From Glycera tridactyla (lineage: Eukaryota), in NCBI GenBank assembly GCA_965644265.1, contig OZ286463.1, positions 112,530,001 to 112,594,000 on the forward strand: a DNA stretch of 64,000 bases. The letters run 5' to 3'. Shown here one piece after another: positions 38,273-52,471 of this stretch. A model generated the notes under the pieces. It ran no database searches. It saw nothing but the letters and a program-made list of their open reading frames with translations, and was not told where the DNA came from. A program made the position numbers and the translations under genes. How positions within the stretch are numbered: position 1 is the stretch's first letter; the number at the start of each line of letters is the position of its first letter.

Positions 38273-39260
38273 GAGATATGAATTTAAAATGAAAATGAAG
38301 GCGATTGTTGGACAAGAGATACATTTGACGAAGTCGCTCATGGATATAGGGCGTTCCAATATTTAGTATTTGGAGATTTACAGATATCTGCCAAAACAGA
38401 CATCAGAATCGACGGCAAGGTATATGTACTTTAGTATGGGGACTCTCGAAACGTGTAACATTCGTCGGGGAGCAATGTAGCTCGTAGAATTCAGCGTAGC
38501 TTGATGACGAACCTCTCATCTTAGCCAAGGTGATATCACCAGATTAGCGATGCGGTGGGCGAGGGACAATGGTGGTTTTCCACAACGCATTAAAGACACC
38601 ATCTTGCTCGTAACTACCAAGAGAATACTGCTGCAAATGAGGGAATCGTGGTCATCCAATGAGTTGATTCAAAGTATGTGGCAGGAAGCATTCAACAGAT
38701 GGTGGTAGGTGGACTGATAGATCCAGAATAACGTCGGTCAACTTCACACTGTGTATATCGTAGAAACATGCCTTTGTCATTACTTGAAATAAAGTCATGA
38801 ATATTGCCAAAGAGTAGGATTTTCCCCTGGTATATTTCAGAGATTTCACAATAGATGACCTAGCCTGAAGAGCGACTGCACTCGGGTCTGATTGAATGAT
38901 CCCACTGACTTTTACATCCTTACAGTACCTTAAAGGTTATATGATAGTTATGATGCCAGAGATGAGAGCCATATCATACAGGGTTCAATCCTTCCCTTTT
39001 CCAAGGTAGATCGCTCATCTCATTTGATGTATATTTTGATTGACTGTGGATTTCATACATTCTCACTTTTCACCCTGGGCCCAGAAGGAGGATTTTGAAT
39101 GATCTCACTATCGCACATTCCATGGGCGTCTCAATATGACCCCGGTGGTGCTCACGGCACGCCAAACACCAACCAACCATCCATAGATATATGAAGTCCG
39201 ATATTATATATATATATATATATATACAACTTCTCTGAAGTCATATCTTCATGAGATAAT

Positions 39261-39395
39261 ATTACTTCATTTTGAAATATATAATTACTTCATTTTGAAA
39301 TATATAGTTACTTCAATTTGAAATATATAATTACTTTATTTTTAAATGTAGAATTACTTCATTTTGAAATATAGAATTACTTCATTTTGAAATAT
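39261..39395. repeat. 23-bp AT-rich minisatellite, about 6 copies
   Basis: attacttcattttgaaatatata units. Confidence 0.85.
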
Positions 39396-42212
39396 CCACC
39401 AAACGTCTGACTCTATCGTGAAAGGAGTAGACGCCACGAGTATCTGAACGCTCTTGTTCCCAGACACTGGTTTGTGAATCACTTTCTATTGGCAGCGAGA
39501 GGTCCGGTGGCCACAGGCTAATTCTACTCAAGCTTTCCAATTATCAGATGTCACCTCTGTGTTTGCTGTTCTTGTCGCCATTGGATGCATAATTAATCAC
39601 CAATTACGGTTAAATAGCCGGGCACGTGCGCTGACTCCGCGCTACGTAACATATATCACATCTACTCTGATTATATACCTCACTTCGAGTTGGTGATCAT
39701 GCTTATATCAAACAACAAAATACCAGTACTTTATATCGCTGATCGCAATATTCAAATTAAGACTTGTGTCGAATGATATGTTAAAACACCTCATGTTTCA
39801 GAATCAATATTGCAACTTGTGTTCATCAGATTTTCATAACATTTCACCACCCATCAGAGTTTCTGTGATCTCATGTAATTTCACCTTCCACCAGGGACCT
39901 GAGAGTCTCGAATGACTTCAACCATGCCCATTGCATGTGCGCCTTTATTCAGCCTGGATAGCGCTCACGGAACGTAAAACATTCAACCATCATTCGACTG
40001 CTATCCGAGATATCAACATTAGGACTTGTGTCTTGAGCATTATATCCAAAGCAATTTAGATACAGACATTACTATGGCAACTTGAAAAATACCATGGGGT
40101 TGACACGGATATCCTCGACTGTATATCTCAATACAAAAACTTCCGAAAACATCAAGTGTATAATCTGAGCGAGTTTCTTCACATTTTCCATTGATTGTCA
40201 CCTCGATCTTCTCCTTTCAATCTGTATTACTCAGGCGCTACTGATCCGATTTTTGAGAGGATTATATCAAATTCAACCCACATTTCTTGACTAAAGGATG
40301 GATCACTGGATACTAGCGTCATGTCAGAGAATGGTACGTAGCGCATCTCCTTGAAAGTCAAGATCTCTTCTTGGGCAAGCATCTGATTTTCTTATCGGCA
40401 GCTAGGATGTGGTGACCTGATTTCTTCCTGCCAGAACCTTCATGGACCTCAAAGGATGCCCATCTAGCTAACTAATGCTAAGGCATCTCTCAGTACTCCT
40501 TAGGAGACACCGCATTAGAGGGATCCGCAGTTTCTCCAGTTCCTCTCCCTTCATGGTATGACATGTTCCAAAATACTGCTAGATGGAAGTTGTATACTCC
40601 AATATTTCTCGCTCCCCACTTGCCTGCCTGAAAATTTCACCAATTTCCACCTCCTACGTGCAACACGCGTGACCTCTTATACGCACTTGGCACGGGCGTC
40701 CTAGCATATAGTTCAAGCGGTGCTAACGAGATGAAAACAACCAGCCCATCTAAATTCTCTCGATCACATAAACCCGAAATGCGATAAGGAATATCAGTTG
40801 TAAATGAATCAAGCCAAACAGCGTTCTCTCTAATAATAGTCATTTTGCATGTCATTTGACTTATCGAAACATCGTTAAATTGAGACCTCTCTGATGTTTG
40901 TTTGTTTGTCCGCTTGAGTTTGACGTACTGTCAACCTCCCCTGGTCATATCAGACTGAAAAAAAAAAACGGAAAATGCTGAAGAAATCCCCACTCTTTGC
41001 GGACGACAGCAGTGAATCTTTCACGTGAATACAGGAAGAGACTCCGATACACACTGCCGGCCTTTGATATGCCAGTCGGCATGCACTAGATTGGATCACC
41101 CAAAAGAGATGGATAAAATAGATTGCACCGATTTCAAAATAGATTGCATGGAATGCATATTCGAGTGTTGCCTCACTTGGTGACCTAACTTGGTTGTCGC
41201 ACTTGTATGGTCATCTTACTCATTGATGATTGAACCCTTTTTCTCGATATCCAACAAACCAGCGTATGATAGGAAAGGAATGTGTGTGTCTGTCCTCGTG
41301 GATAACATATACATACATATTGTTATTTAAGTTCATACTAACTGTCTTGTTTCCCGTGTTTGCTGGAGAAAGCTCTCTCAGCTAAATGCACGTTTTGTAC
41401 ATAAGCATATACAGGACTAAATAAAGCTATTCTGTGTTCGATTTCAGGAATTTCTGCTCTTTATCAGCTCTCCCATAATCGGAATAAGCGTCCAAAATCA
41501 ACGCGTAATTTTTGAATGGAGTAAAGTTAGAGATACACTTCTAGAAGAGGAATGCATGATACCTATTTAAAGGATCATGATGATGCCCAATTCTATAGAA
41601 GAGTTAATATGCTATCTTTAGCCACTGTGTGATGATAGGCGCTTTTCAGACATGGCCTTCGTTTCCCTTATGACACACATCTCATTGTGTGCTGGTGTTC
41701 CCCGCGTGATGAAGCTGATCTCGAAATAGCCTTTTTCAGTTTTGTGCCGCCCTCGCATGCATGTCAGCACTACAGGGATGACAGATGACAGCCACCTAAT
41801 GAGGTATACCATAGCAACCATGACATGCAAGCAGGACAATGGTGGAAATAGGATACATCATATTGTCGGAATGGACCGCCAGTGTCACAAACACCACACA
41901 CCTGTTACATGTTCCTCTGATAGTTCTGACCTTCTACATGCGGACAGATTTAGGGAAGACACCTTGGATGTCTGTCAATTTCATGATCTTNNNNNNNNNN
42001 NNNNNNNNNNNNNNNNNNNNNNNNNNNNNNNNNNNNNNNNNNNNNNNNNNNNNNNNNNNNNNNNNNNNNNNNNNNNNNNNNNNNNNNNNNNNNNNNNNNN
42101 NNNNNNNNNNNNNNNNNNNAGATGCTGATCGGGTAATCGTCGAAGCACTGATAGGTAACGCTAGCATGTGGATGGGGAAGCAGGGTGGTGATCGCAATAT
42201 GTAACGCAGAGA

Positions 42213-45200
42213 GCCCTAATATCGGCAGGGTCCTAATATCGTCACAAAATTTTGATGCTCTGCTGTACACAGAAATCCTGCCATATGGCATTGAGATTGC
42301 ATTTATCTGAAAGTTTGTTAAATTCCCTTGATTTTGAATATAAATACTCTATAATTCACGGGAAGGATGATTGAAATATGAAGTGACAAAGTTGGATACC
42401 CTGAAAACATAGTACTTTGGTTACCTTCTAGTTGCTGACACCTCCACTTGCACACTGTTTTTCTCGATTCCATTGGAATTCACATGTGTGAACAATATAT
42501 CGAAACCTTTTACAACACTTCTCTTATCATCCAAAGCTGTCAGATTTTTGGAATCTGTGATGGTGAGAATTTCATAGCCCCATCATTAAAGTGACGATAT
42601 ATGGACCCTCAAAAGAGGGCAAATGACGAATTTAAGACCCCATCAATCTGAGGTGCCCCTAATATCGTCAGGGGTGTCTCAATTTCATCACTACATTATG
42701 AAGGGGACTCCAAATATGCAATTTTAGGTGGTTGGTTGGATACTTGGTTGAATCATGTCCCATAAGCACCACTTGAGATGCCCATGGGATGGGCATGGGT
42801 GAGATAATTTAAGACTTCATTTCCTATGTCCCCATGGGAGGGTTAAAATTCCTCAAATTCACTGATGGGAAAGAGTGACTTCATTTCACTGTAGGGGTCT
42901 CATTTTCAATTTATCACTTCACACCTACATGTATTCAAAGATTTTATGGATGTATGTTTGGGCAATTGCAGGATGAATTATACAAATACACAGGTGTCAG
43001 CATTGCATGATACATACTCCTATGCCAAAACTTAATGAGTGCCACATGACAGGTATGGCTGGGCAAATATGTAATTGACTGATTGCACACAACATATCCC
43101 AAGTAGTAACAGAAAGTTTGACCCAGCAAATACGCAGTTTGTCATTCTGATGAGCACGTGAGTGTGTATTCCTGTCAAGAAGCATTCATGAATACATATG
43201 CTCAAAGTGTCAATCTTGAGTTTTCGATCAATATGATGGCAGCACATCAGAGGCAATGGACCAAGACATATGTGTTTGCTGCCTCTCATGATATTGAATT
43301 GAATGATGAATCAAGCTGAGAAACATCTAGCTCGAAGAATGATTTTGTCTGATTGAGTCTATTTCTCCTGGAAACTGATCTCTGGCAAATACCAATGCTC
43401 GACAAAAATGATGAAGATGCAATTGTACAGTAGGCATTAATTCAGTGATTACCATGTTCTGACTCTGCAAAAACCAGAAATGATTGAATGTGGTTGTATT
43501 GAGAATGCCACTTCAGAAGTCATCAGAGATAAACCCCACTCAATGACTAATGCAGATCTCATTTCACATCCAAGGTAATCAGATACGATTTTTGCTTTCA
43601 TTGACAGCCATCATTGCGTTGGTCGGTATGTGACTCTTACACACAGTGTCACTGTTCCAACTACTCTCCTTGTGGTCAGGGTGTTGGAGAATGGTATATT
43701 GCCATTCACCTCTTGTTCATCTGCGAACTTGATATTTCTATTGTATCTATTCTATTCATATGTGTGGTTAGGTTGTATACTTGTCCTTCTTTCACCTCCT
43801 CCAGTATGCCATCAGCATATTGTTTCAATAGCTTTGGCCACTCAATAACATCAGAGACACCTGACTGCTGAACACTGTATAGAAGTACTGTTAGGAAATG
43901 ATGCACCTGGAACTGAAATAAGTAATCCTGCCCTTGAACTGGATAGGCTCCATGAAGGTATCCATGAAGGTATCCTTGTCATTTATTTGAGTTTCGTGTA
44001 CTTCTTGCATCTTCTCCTCACTATGTCTGATGTCTCTCCAATCAGAGTATTGATGAAGAGATACTACATCATGTGAGTTGAATAAGTCTCCATGTATAAG
44101 TCTGCAATGTCTGGTGCAATAAATCTTGTGTAATTCACAATCTATTGAAGAGAGTTTTCTGGCCTTTGAATTTTTTAGGGTATAGCAAATCATCCTCAAA
44201 GGTCCAGATTTTAGGTAGAGATATTCATATCACTTATCTGTGAGTTTGTGTTTCTTCTTCAGTCGGCTCATTATGCACGTCAGTTACCTGTTGAATTCAG
44301 GGGTGGGATCACTTGGTACCTTCACTTAGATATGAGTGTCACTGAGCATGATCACCACTTTGTCATGGCTCTCTTTTCAAGTTCAACACATCAGCTGCTT
44401 CCACTTGGTATTTTTTTCAGTTAGATAACAGCATTTTTCTCTTCCTCCTTGATGTTCCGTGTGGGTTCCTTTGCTGGTTCGATTATCTTTGAACATCTTT
44501 TGCAGGGTCAAAGTGGTGATCAGGGTCTGAATTGTAGCAATTATGTCACGTTTGTGCGAAATTGTTGCAAACTTGTTGATCTATGTAGTGGAACTATCTG
44601 ATAAAGTGAACAATTTGTCAACAAGGTTACAAGCCAAAGCAAGAATGTTGATGATTTGCTACAATTGTTGATGAGTGAACCCTATCCCCGGCCACTTGTG
44701 CCCTGAACTCATTTGCTCAATTATCAGGGAACAGTCTACAGGTCAACTCGGTTAAAATGATACTTCCTTCAGCAACATTTCTCAGGTGATTACTCAGTTG
44801 AGACTGGTAAGTATGGGAATCCTGTGTCGTGATCCATTATCTTAGCACCTCAAATCAAATAATATGTCGTTTCTCAGCCGAGCAATTTTCTGTTTTTTTG
44901 TGTTCACATAGGTCGTGGACTTTGTCATAGCCATGATTATTGCATAAATTCATGAATAGTTTCATCAGGTCAAAAAATTGATGGGCATTTGATGGAGAGC
45001 AATTATGTATTGAAATTCTATTGCTGTTGTATGGTTAGTTGATATATTCAAAGACTTCAATGTTGTTGAGCTAATCAATATTCATCCCATTTCTAATAAA
45101 TGATCTTCAAAGTATAACTTTTTTTTTGTTCGTCGAAGCAGTTAACACCATACATGGCATCATTTTCAGACTGACAGAAAAAATCAATAACGAGATGAAA

Positions 45201-46785
45201 ATATAAGGAATGAGATGTGATGTATATATACAATGTATGATATGTATTCATTATGAGATGAATTAATAATATGATTAACCATAAATCATATAGTAATATA
45301 TACCACCATATGAAACAGTCATTTTCATGTTCTATCAGTTGAACTGCTCTGTAAAATGTCATATTTTCACTGATTCAGCAAGGCTACCATTAAATATGGT
45401 TCATCTTTCAACCAGGTTGCATGTCCATGACTGCTTTCATGAAGTTGACAAATGGGAAGAAAGGTAGGTCAAAGACAAACACAAATATGTCACATCCTTC
45501 ATTCAATCTTAGAAGGATCAGAAAACCCCAAATGTTAGAAACAATTTAATTTATTCTATGAGATATACCTTGGTATTATGATCTTCAAATTTTGCACAGC
45601 TATTCAGATAATAGTGAGGCAGAAAGTCTCACAAAGCAGCCCACATATATGCAAAAATCTCTTTCTTATATTGCATTCTGATGACTTTCATTTGTATGTG
45701 AAAAAGATGTGAATTGCAGGGTGTGAAGACATCAGAAAAACTCTTTCAAAATCACCGCCCACCTAGAGAAACAACCCATCTGTACACGAATGTCAACTGG
45801 ATTGAGGAAGCACTCATATATATACGTCGAATTTCCTTAGAAAACACGTCAAACGTGATAAATTTATTTGTAATATTGGCTTCTACATGGTTCCGAAAAC
45901 TGTGCAGATGCTCGAAAATCGACCTCTGTGCATATTGTTGACATCTCGCGACTGTGTCAACTTCACTCATGCGACGTTTATCGATCGCTACTTTTCGAAA
46001 ATCATATCGGAGAGATGACAATTTCAATGTAAAAGATTGATCATGTGGCCATTTTGGGGAAATATATTCATTTGATGAAGATGGAAAATGTGTCTACTGT
46101 GTACTTTGAATAGACATGATCCCGATGAAAGCAGGTCGCTGATTGGTTGATTTTGCCGGGATTCAGGATTCGGCCGATCAGGGATCGCAACAGACATTTG
46201 TCGGTTCTTCCTCATCTCTAGCTTTAAAGATGGTGATTAAGCTTGTGAAACTGATGGAACTCACCAAAATATTTGACAAATATAATTCGTTTTCGCAACT
46301 TTCTGATGTACTCTGACATAAGTATGCACAGAAGAGCCCGCCTGAAAAAGATGGGTAACTTTGAGATCCACCCATCCAACCGTGATTTCGGCACGCCCGG
46401 GATGTTCGGGAGGCGATCTCTTCACGCCATGGAATTGGCAGACTGAAAAATGTATTTTTGCTGGCACCCAATGTTCAGGGGGCAAATAAACACCTGGTGA
46501 CGCAATTAGGACACCCTCATGAAAATTGGTTACGAAATTAGGGCCCAATGACGATATTAGGGCCCCATGACGATAATAAGTACCTGAGGTCCAAATATCC
46601 TCACATCTGACTTTCTGTCTTTGACAAGCTGTCAATTCTCTCCTGGGGTAGGTAGAATGCTGCTCTTTGAAGCAATCTCTTCCAAAGAAATGAGATTTAT
46701 ATGTAAATTGGTCATACCTAACTTACAATGGACACAGGAATGCTCACAGAGTGGGGGTTAGAAGGGGTGATGATATTAGGGCACC
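42213..46785. mobile_element. Putative composite DNA transposon bounded by nested inverted GACGATATTAGGG motifs, with decayed internal coding sequence
   Basis: cctaatatcg(tc) at 42213, 42229, 42655; gacgatattaggg-like at 42591, 46549, 46768; 42228-42608 alone forms a TIR pair. Confidence 0.4.
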
Positions 46786-48891
46786 ATACAGGGAGAAAAA
46801 AATCATTATTCCGGATGAAGTGCGACATCCCTGCGCATATTCCGGTATATTCCAACCCTCGACTGAAGTTGTATGATCATTGTTGTTAAGATGAAGTTTT
46901 TTTAGCCAATAAATAATGTCCTCATCCTTATGGCTACTTTTTTCAAATTTGTCTTATCGAATCTGTCTCCAACGCCAGGTTGAACTCTTACAATCTGTTG
47001 TGTCAGTCAGAGCAGTGTTCTCGCTCATCTGCTCTCGTGTGGGTGTTCACGACAGGATTCCGGCGATTGCCTGATAACTTCCGGATGTTTCCGGCCTGAT
47101 CGCTATCTCATTTCCACTGTCCCTGCTGTTCCGGATATCCCTGGTAATTCTACCCGACGTCCCTTTTCTCGGACACATCTCCTCTGAAATACGGACTATT
47201 TGCAGTTTGGTTGATATGCGTTCCATTAGCAGATTTGATGTCTGAACATTAGATAACAATCAGATACGTTCTACAATCAACCCAGCGATCAAGAACTACT
47301 CCCGAAATTGACTTTCATGATACACAAGATGAGTGAAGACTGTAAACTTTCCGCCACTATTTTCTATATTAATGAGGTGGCAAGAGATTTTATGACTTTG
47401 TTGTCATTCTGCACGTGCCCACTTCACTGTTTTCAGTTCTCTTGTGATTGGGGTTGAGGTTGTGAGTTCAACCTCGCGGATGTGTAATACCGCATCGGAT
47501 ATACCAATCCCAAATATATGAGCGCCCCAGTCGCTTCCAACATCATGAAATATGTAAGCTTGTATATATCTTCAGAAAGTCAAATTAGAGGTACACCTGG
47601 AACTGATTTCCAATTTGAGATGTTATGCAGCGTAGTTTACATGAAGGAGCTCAGATTTCAATGCATTTTGCTCCTGTCTTCATTAAAGGCAGAATTCGAC
47701 ACTAATTAAAACAAACTGTCTATCGAAAAAAACTTTTGTTTCTGTGTTTTTGTCCATCGCTATAAATTGTTCCTGCTTGATCAGAACCCCCTTCATAAGG
47801 CATGTACTTGGACTTATCTCCTCTAGTTCATGTGGGGAATTTGTCATTCAATGGATGGTTGACTCACTGTGTAAGTAACATCCATAACGACAATTTTGAA
47901 TGTTTCCGTAAGCCTTTCCATTTTCGTTGTTTACCAAGCCTCATATATCAACTTAATCAAGAATATTTTTTCACGTTTTTGACATAGTTCAATAGTCTTT
48001 CACTCTCAAAGATGACAAACGCCATCTCACTACAGAGCAAAGGCCATTAACCACAACAGAATCGACACCTGAGTTCTTCACTTCATGAAAAACGGCTTAA
48101 CTCAGAAGTCTGATTTGAATGCATTGCTGAGAGCTACCAGAACATACGTCACCGAGTGTCATATCCAGTCAAGAAAAGAGGCGCTAGCATTGATGATGGG
48201 TGCAGCGGCTTTAGTAGTGACTGTGCTGATTTCACTGGCGTTCATTGCTCTACCTCGAATCCTTGTGCAAGAATTGGTGGGTATCGTGTATTTCAACTCC
48301 ACTTCAGGATTCATGAACCATTCAATATCTGGGTTGACAATGAACTTCATATGAAGATTCGGTTGGGCACAGATACCGAGAGCTGATGAAGTTTGAGCCT
48401 TGATTGTGAAATGTCTACGTTTTGTGATCTTCCGAAGTTCACTCAGATTTCCTTCTTGGAACTTGGAACGATTGGATGCCGACTTGTAGGTGTAACAGAT
48501 TGGGCAACAGGTTTGTGTACTGGTATAGCATATTTCTAGATATTAGTCATGAGTCTGCCTCCTGTAGCGTTTTCTCCATGATTCATTCACCAAAAATGGA
48601 TGAGACTTCATGTCCACGCATGTAAAATCATCAAGTATCTGGATATGGAATGAGATACATGTACAGGCTGGAGGGTAGCAATAATCAGATTGTAAGGAGC
48701 ACGTTTATGTCTCTAATGAACATGATGGTTATCATAATACTACGCGTCTTTCTGCCTAGTATCGCATGACTATCACACGACTATCAGATGCTTCATATCT
48801 CCTCCTTGCTCCCAATCTCATAACCATAGGTTGTTGCGTTTATACCTCAAACAATGATCAGTTCTATAGTGTGCCACCATGAATAGAATAC

Positions 48892-48892
<1 letters not shown>

Positions 48893-48965
<73 letters not shown>

Positions 48966-48966
48966 C
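48893..48966. repeat. (CAT)n microsatellite
   Basis: pure ATC tract. Confidence 0.95.
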
Positions 48967-49145
48967 CATCACCATTACCTTTGCAGAGGACTACTTGGTT
49001 CGTGAGAGGTGGCTCGCAGAAGCTGCAAATACGCATGTCCTCTTATATTACCCTGCTCAATGAGGATGCAGTTTCACATTGTTCGCGATGCAGTTGATTC
49101 TTCAGCTGAGATTAACAAATTCATACAAACGAAATCCAGAACCAG

Positions 49146-49439
49146 TTGGCCTTGGCGGAGGTATCAAATATTAGGTGTGACGCGGTAGATCTCTCATCTC
49201 CTTTCAGGTTAGATGGTCTTAAAGAGGTGACAGACAGGTTCCTGGAAGACCAGATACTATGTTCGAAAATCAAAGTTCAAGCTATATGGCCCTGGGCGAC
49301 TAATCAAACCAGTTGTGTATATGTAATGGGAGTACACGTGTTTGACTTGTCCCCACGATCAATAGAAACTTATATCGAGAGAAAATACACTACTTTGGCA
49401 AGGTTGTATGAGGACATCTCAGATTTCTTTTCTGAATGA
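49146..49439 (+). pseudogene. Possible decayed NACHT/P-loop NTPase fragment
   Basis: FRLDGLKEV resembles the NACHT Walker B hhhDGLDE; downstream IETYIERKY resembles I..YI.K.F; surrounded by stops. Confidence 0.3.
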
Positions 49440-50730
49440 TGGTTATGTGGGTGGACTGTATGCTGATGTAAATGAAAGGACGTGTTTTCACTACATATGA
49501 TGATGATACACTGGGTCCGCTATCATGGAAGGTGGACTTCCTTCACTGTCCATATTTTCCAAGATGGCCGTATGGCTAGAACTCATGATTTTAGTCCAAT
49601 TTTCCTGATTGACCTGATTGTATTCAGGTATGAGGAATGTGGTTCATGTATGATGCAAACCCAGTAGTAGATAGATAGCCATGCTATGTGTGCCGGAAAT
49701 GGTTTGGATTGGAGAAGAATTATCACTGGGTACGATAAGTGAATCTGAGCTGGCAGTGCTGGGACAAAAATGGAGAGCATTTTCATTGCTCTCGCATGCA
49801 CTTGTTGAAATGACATTTTTAACATCCAGTCTCTCAAAAGTGTTATCGACACGTCCGTGCTCTATTTTTGTATATTTACCAATCCCACTCCCATGTAATT
49901 AAATTGAAATTTGATTACAATCTCAGAAGTTTTCAAACAGCACTAATTGCACATATTCTTCAGCTGGTTACAAATTAATGAGGTACACTCGTTTGGTGGT
50001 ATTCCACATGATCAGAAGTGCGGTGCAGTGTTTTTAATTGCCACTACAACAAAGGTTTCCCCCGTATACTGTGTCGATGGAATTTATCATGCATCGTTGT
50101 TAATGAGATATAGCGACCCAAGTTCCATAATTACAATGTTTTCGTCGCGGTTAATATCAGAACTCAACTTTGTTAGCAGGTTTCCCGTACCTCATTCCTC
50201 ATTCCTCAGTCCTCTGAATACATAGCAAATATTACTCCAAATCTCCTCCCGCGGCCCCTCGTCCACTACTGTCATCATGCAATGATGCCAACAAGATCTC
50301 TCGACCTCACTTCCATAATTATACTGTTTCTGTTGATATCAAAACGCAACGCATTCCTTATGACCCGAAGAGACCGGCTGAAGGAAGTTGATGATGGTGC
50401 AGAGAGTTTTTTGTTGTCATTGAGTCAATTATTTCTTGGTGTTGGTTGTTTGTTCGACTGGCCGGATGGCTGAATAATTGGTTGGTTGAGTTTGATTGCA
50501 TGTATCAACCCCGATATATAGAAATATAGTTTTCTAATATATGAAAGCTGGATGTCCTGTCTACTACAAACGTCACCCACGCAGACCCTGAACGAAATAT
50601 GATGGATCACCAGGGAAATTGACTGGTGTCGGTGGTCGTCAGTTCAGACACACCTCCACCAATTTAAAATAAAACAAGGCATAAATGCACGAAAGGCTCG
50701 CATGCACGCCGCTTGTCGAAAGGGGACACA

Positions 50731-50781
<51 letters not shown>

Positions 50782-51592
50782 CCCACCACCCAGCCTTTCC
50801 CCCACTCACCCACCCATCTCCCCACCCCAGGCCCAATCTCCCACCTTTTCCCCCCCACACACCAACCCCATATTCGTGGCCCACCCCACCCATCTTCCCC
50901 ACCCCCACCCCTACTGCCACTCATCCTTGGCCCTTACCCCTGACCCCCAGACCCACCCAACTAATCCCCCCACCAGCACCCCGACCCTGCCTCCATCCCG
51001 CCCCACCCCACCCCTCCCCCACACAGGACCCACCCCACCAATCACCCACCCTTACCCTACCCCTACCCCCCACCCCGGCCCAATACTTCCCCTCAACCCT
51101 GGCCCAACCCCCACCCATACATGTGTATGTATAAGAAAGTGAAATGAGGTCCATCTATCTATACTGTGCTCGAGGGAGCAAATAATTGGATATGCATATT
51201 AGTGTTTGTATGAGAAAGTGAACTTGTGTCCATCTATTCATACAGTGCTTGATGTAGCAGTTGGTGCATGAAACTGATTAGACGGTTATGTAACAGAGCC
51301 AAGAACAATAGAAGTATTGGAAGTCACCAGGAGAGTCTTCCCCAACAATGAAAAGACAGGCGGAGAATCATGTACATTTCCGTGGTGTCTTATACAACAC
51401 AGGCAGAATGAATGGGTTCAGCTGTCTCAATGAATTCCAAACTTACAAATAAAAAGTCTTCTTTTTCCTCAAAATTTCCCACCTATATAAGATGGATTAT
51501 GAAAAAGAATGCTCTCATGTTGTTGTCCAACTACTGATGCATATGTATAACAAATTTCAAGAAGGTAGGTGCAATATTAGCCAAGTGAGGCT

Positions 51593-52471
51593 TCAAAGAA
51601 AAACTTTAACCAAAACTTTAACCCAAAAACTGGACAACTCCAAAAGTTCAATTTCTTGTCTGATTTTCACAGAGTCTGCATTTCTAAAATCTCTCAACCA
51701 AGTATAGTGGTTTTTACGTGGAATTTTTGACTTTTTCCGGATAGTAAAAATCAGTGAGTGATCTGAGACACCAATATCAATTTGACCACTTTGTGCATAC
51801 TGGTCCTTATTATTTATAATAACATGATCAATTAGGCTTTTTGAGGTTGCAGTTACTCTTGTCGCATTTTCAATTTCTTGTGATAACCCTTGATTTTTCA
51901 TGAAATCTATGAGATCAGAACTATTTTTATTTTTAATTAATATATCAATATTAGTGTCTCCGATGAAAATCATGTCATGATTCTTGGTGAAACAGGGATC
52001 ATTATATCTATTTTCAAGTTCTGTCAATGCATTTTGAATTTTACCATCAGGGGGCCTATAAATCCCACATATGAAAGTAGGCCTAGTGTCCTTCAGGTTA
52101 ATTCTTAACCATATACATTCAAGATCTTCAGTACATGTAGACCATTCTGGAAGAAAATCAACATCTCGATCATTCCTACAAAAAGCCATTAGTCCACCTC
52201 CCCCTCTCTTTCCCAATCCCAAATCCCTATCAAAACGAAACATCTTGTAATTTGAGATTTCCATTTCATAATTTTGAATACTATTATTTAGAAAAGTTTC
52301 CCCTAGAATCAAGATATCTATATTACTCCTAAACAGTAAAATCCTAATTTCTTCTATTTTCCTTACAACACTGCATATATTCAAGTATGCGATTTTTATT
52401 CCCGAGATATTCCTAAACTGTTTCGATGATTCTAGATCTATATTCATGAGCAGTTTAAAGTGATGCTGCAC
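51593..52471 (-). mobile_element. CR1/L2-type LINE APE endonuclease domain, RT missing
   Basis: IAYLNICS, LGETFL, RFDR..GKRGGG, GIYRPPDG, GDTNID, TRVTATSKSLIDHV, SDHSLI in an open 292-aa frame. Confidence 0.92.

Larger units (their letters stand above)
9440..42119. other. Eight assembly gaps (N runs) lie within this span
   Basis: 9440-9624, 15625-15758, 16533-17003, 23429-23574, 27185-27406, 27427-27596, 29127-29285, 41991-42119. Confidence 0.98.
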
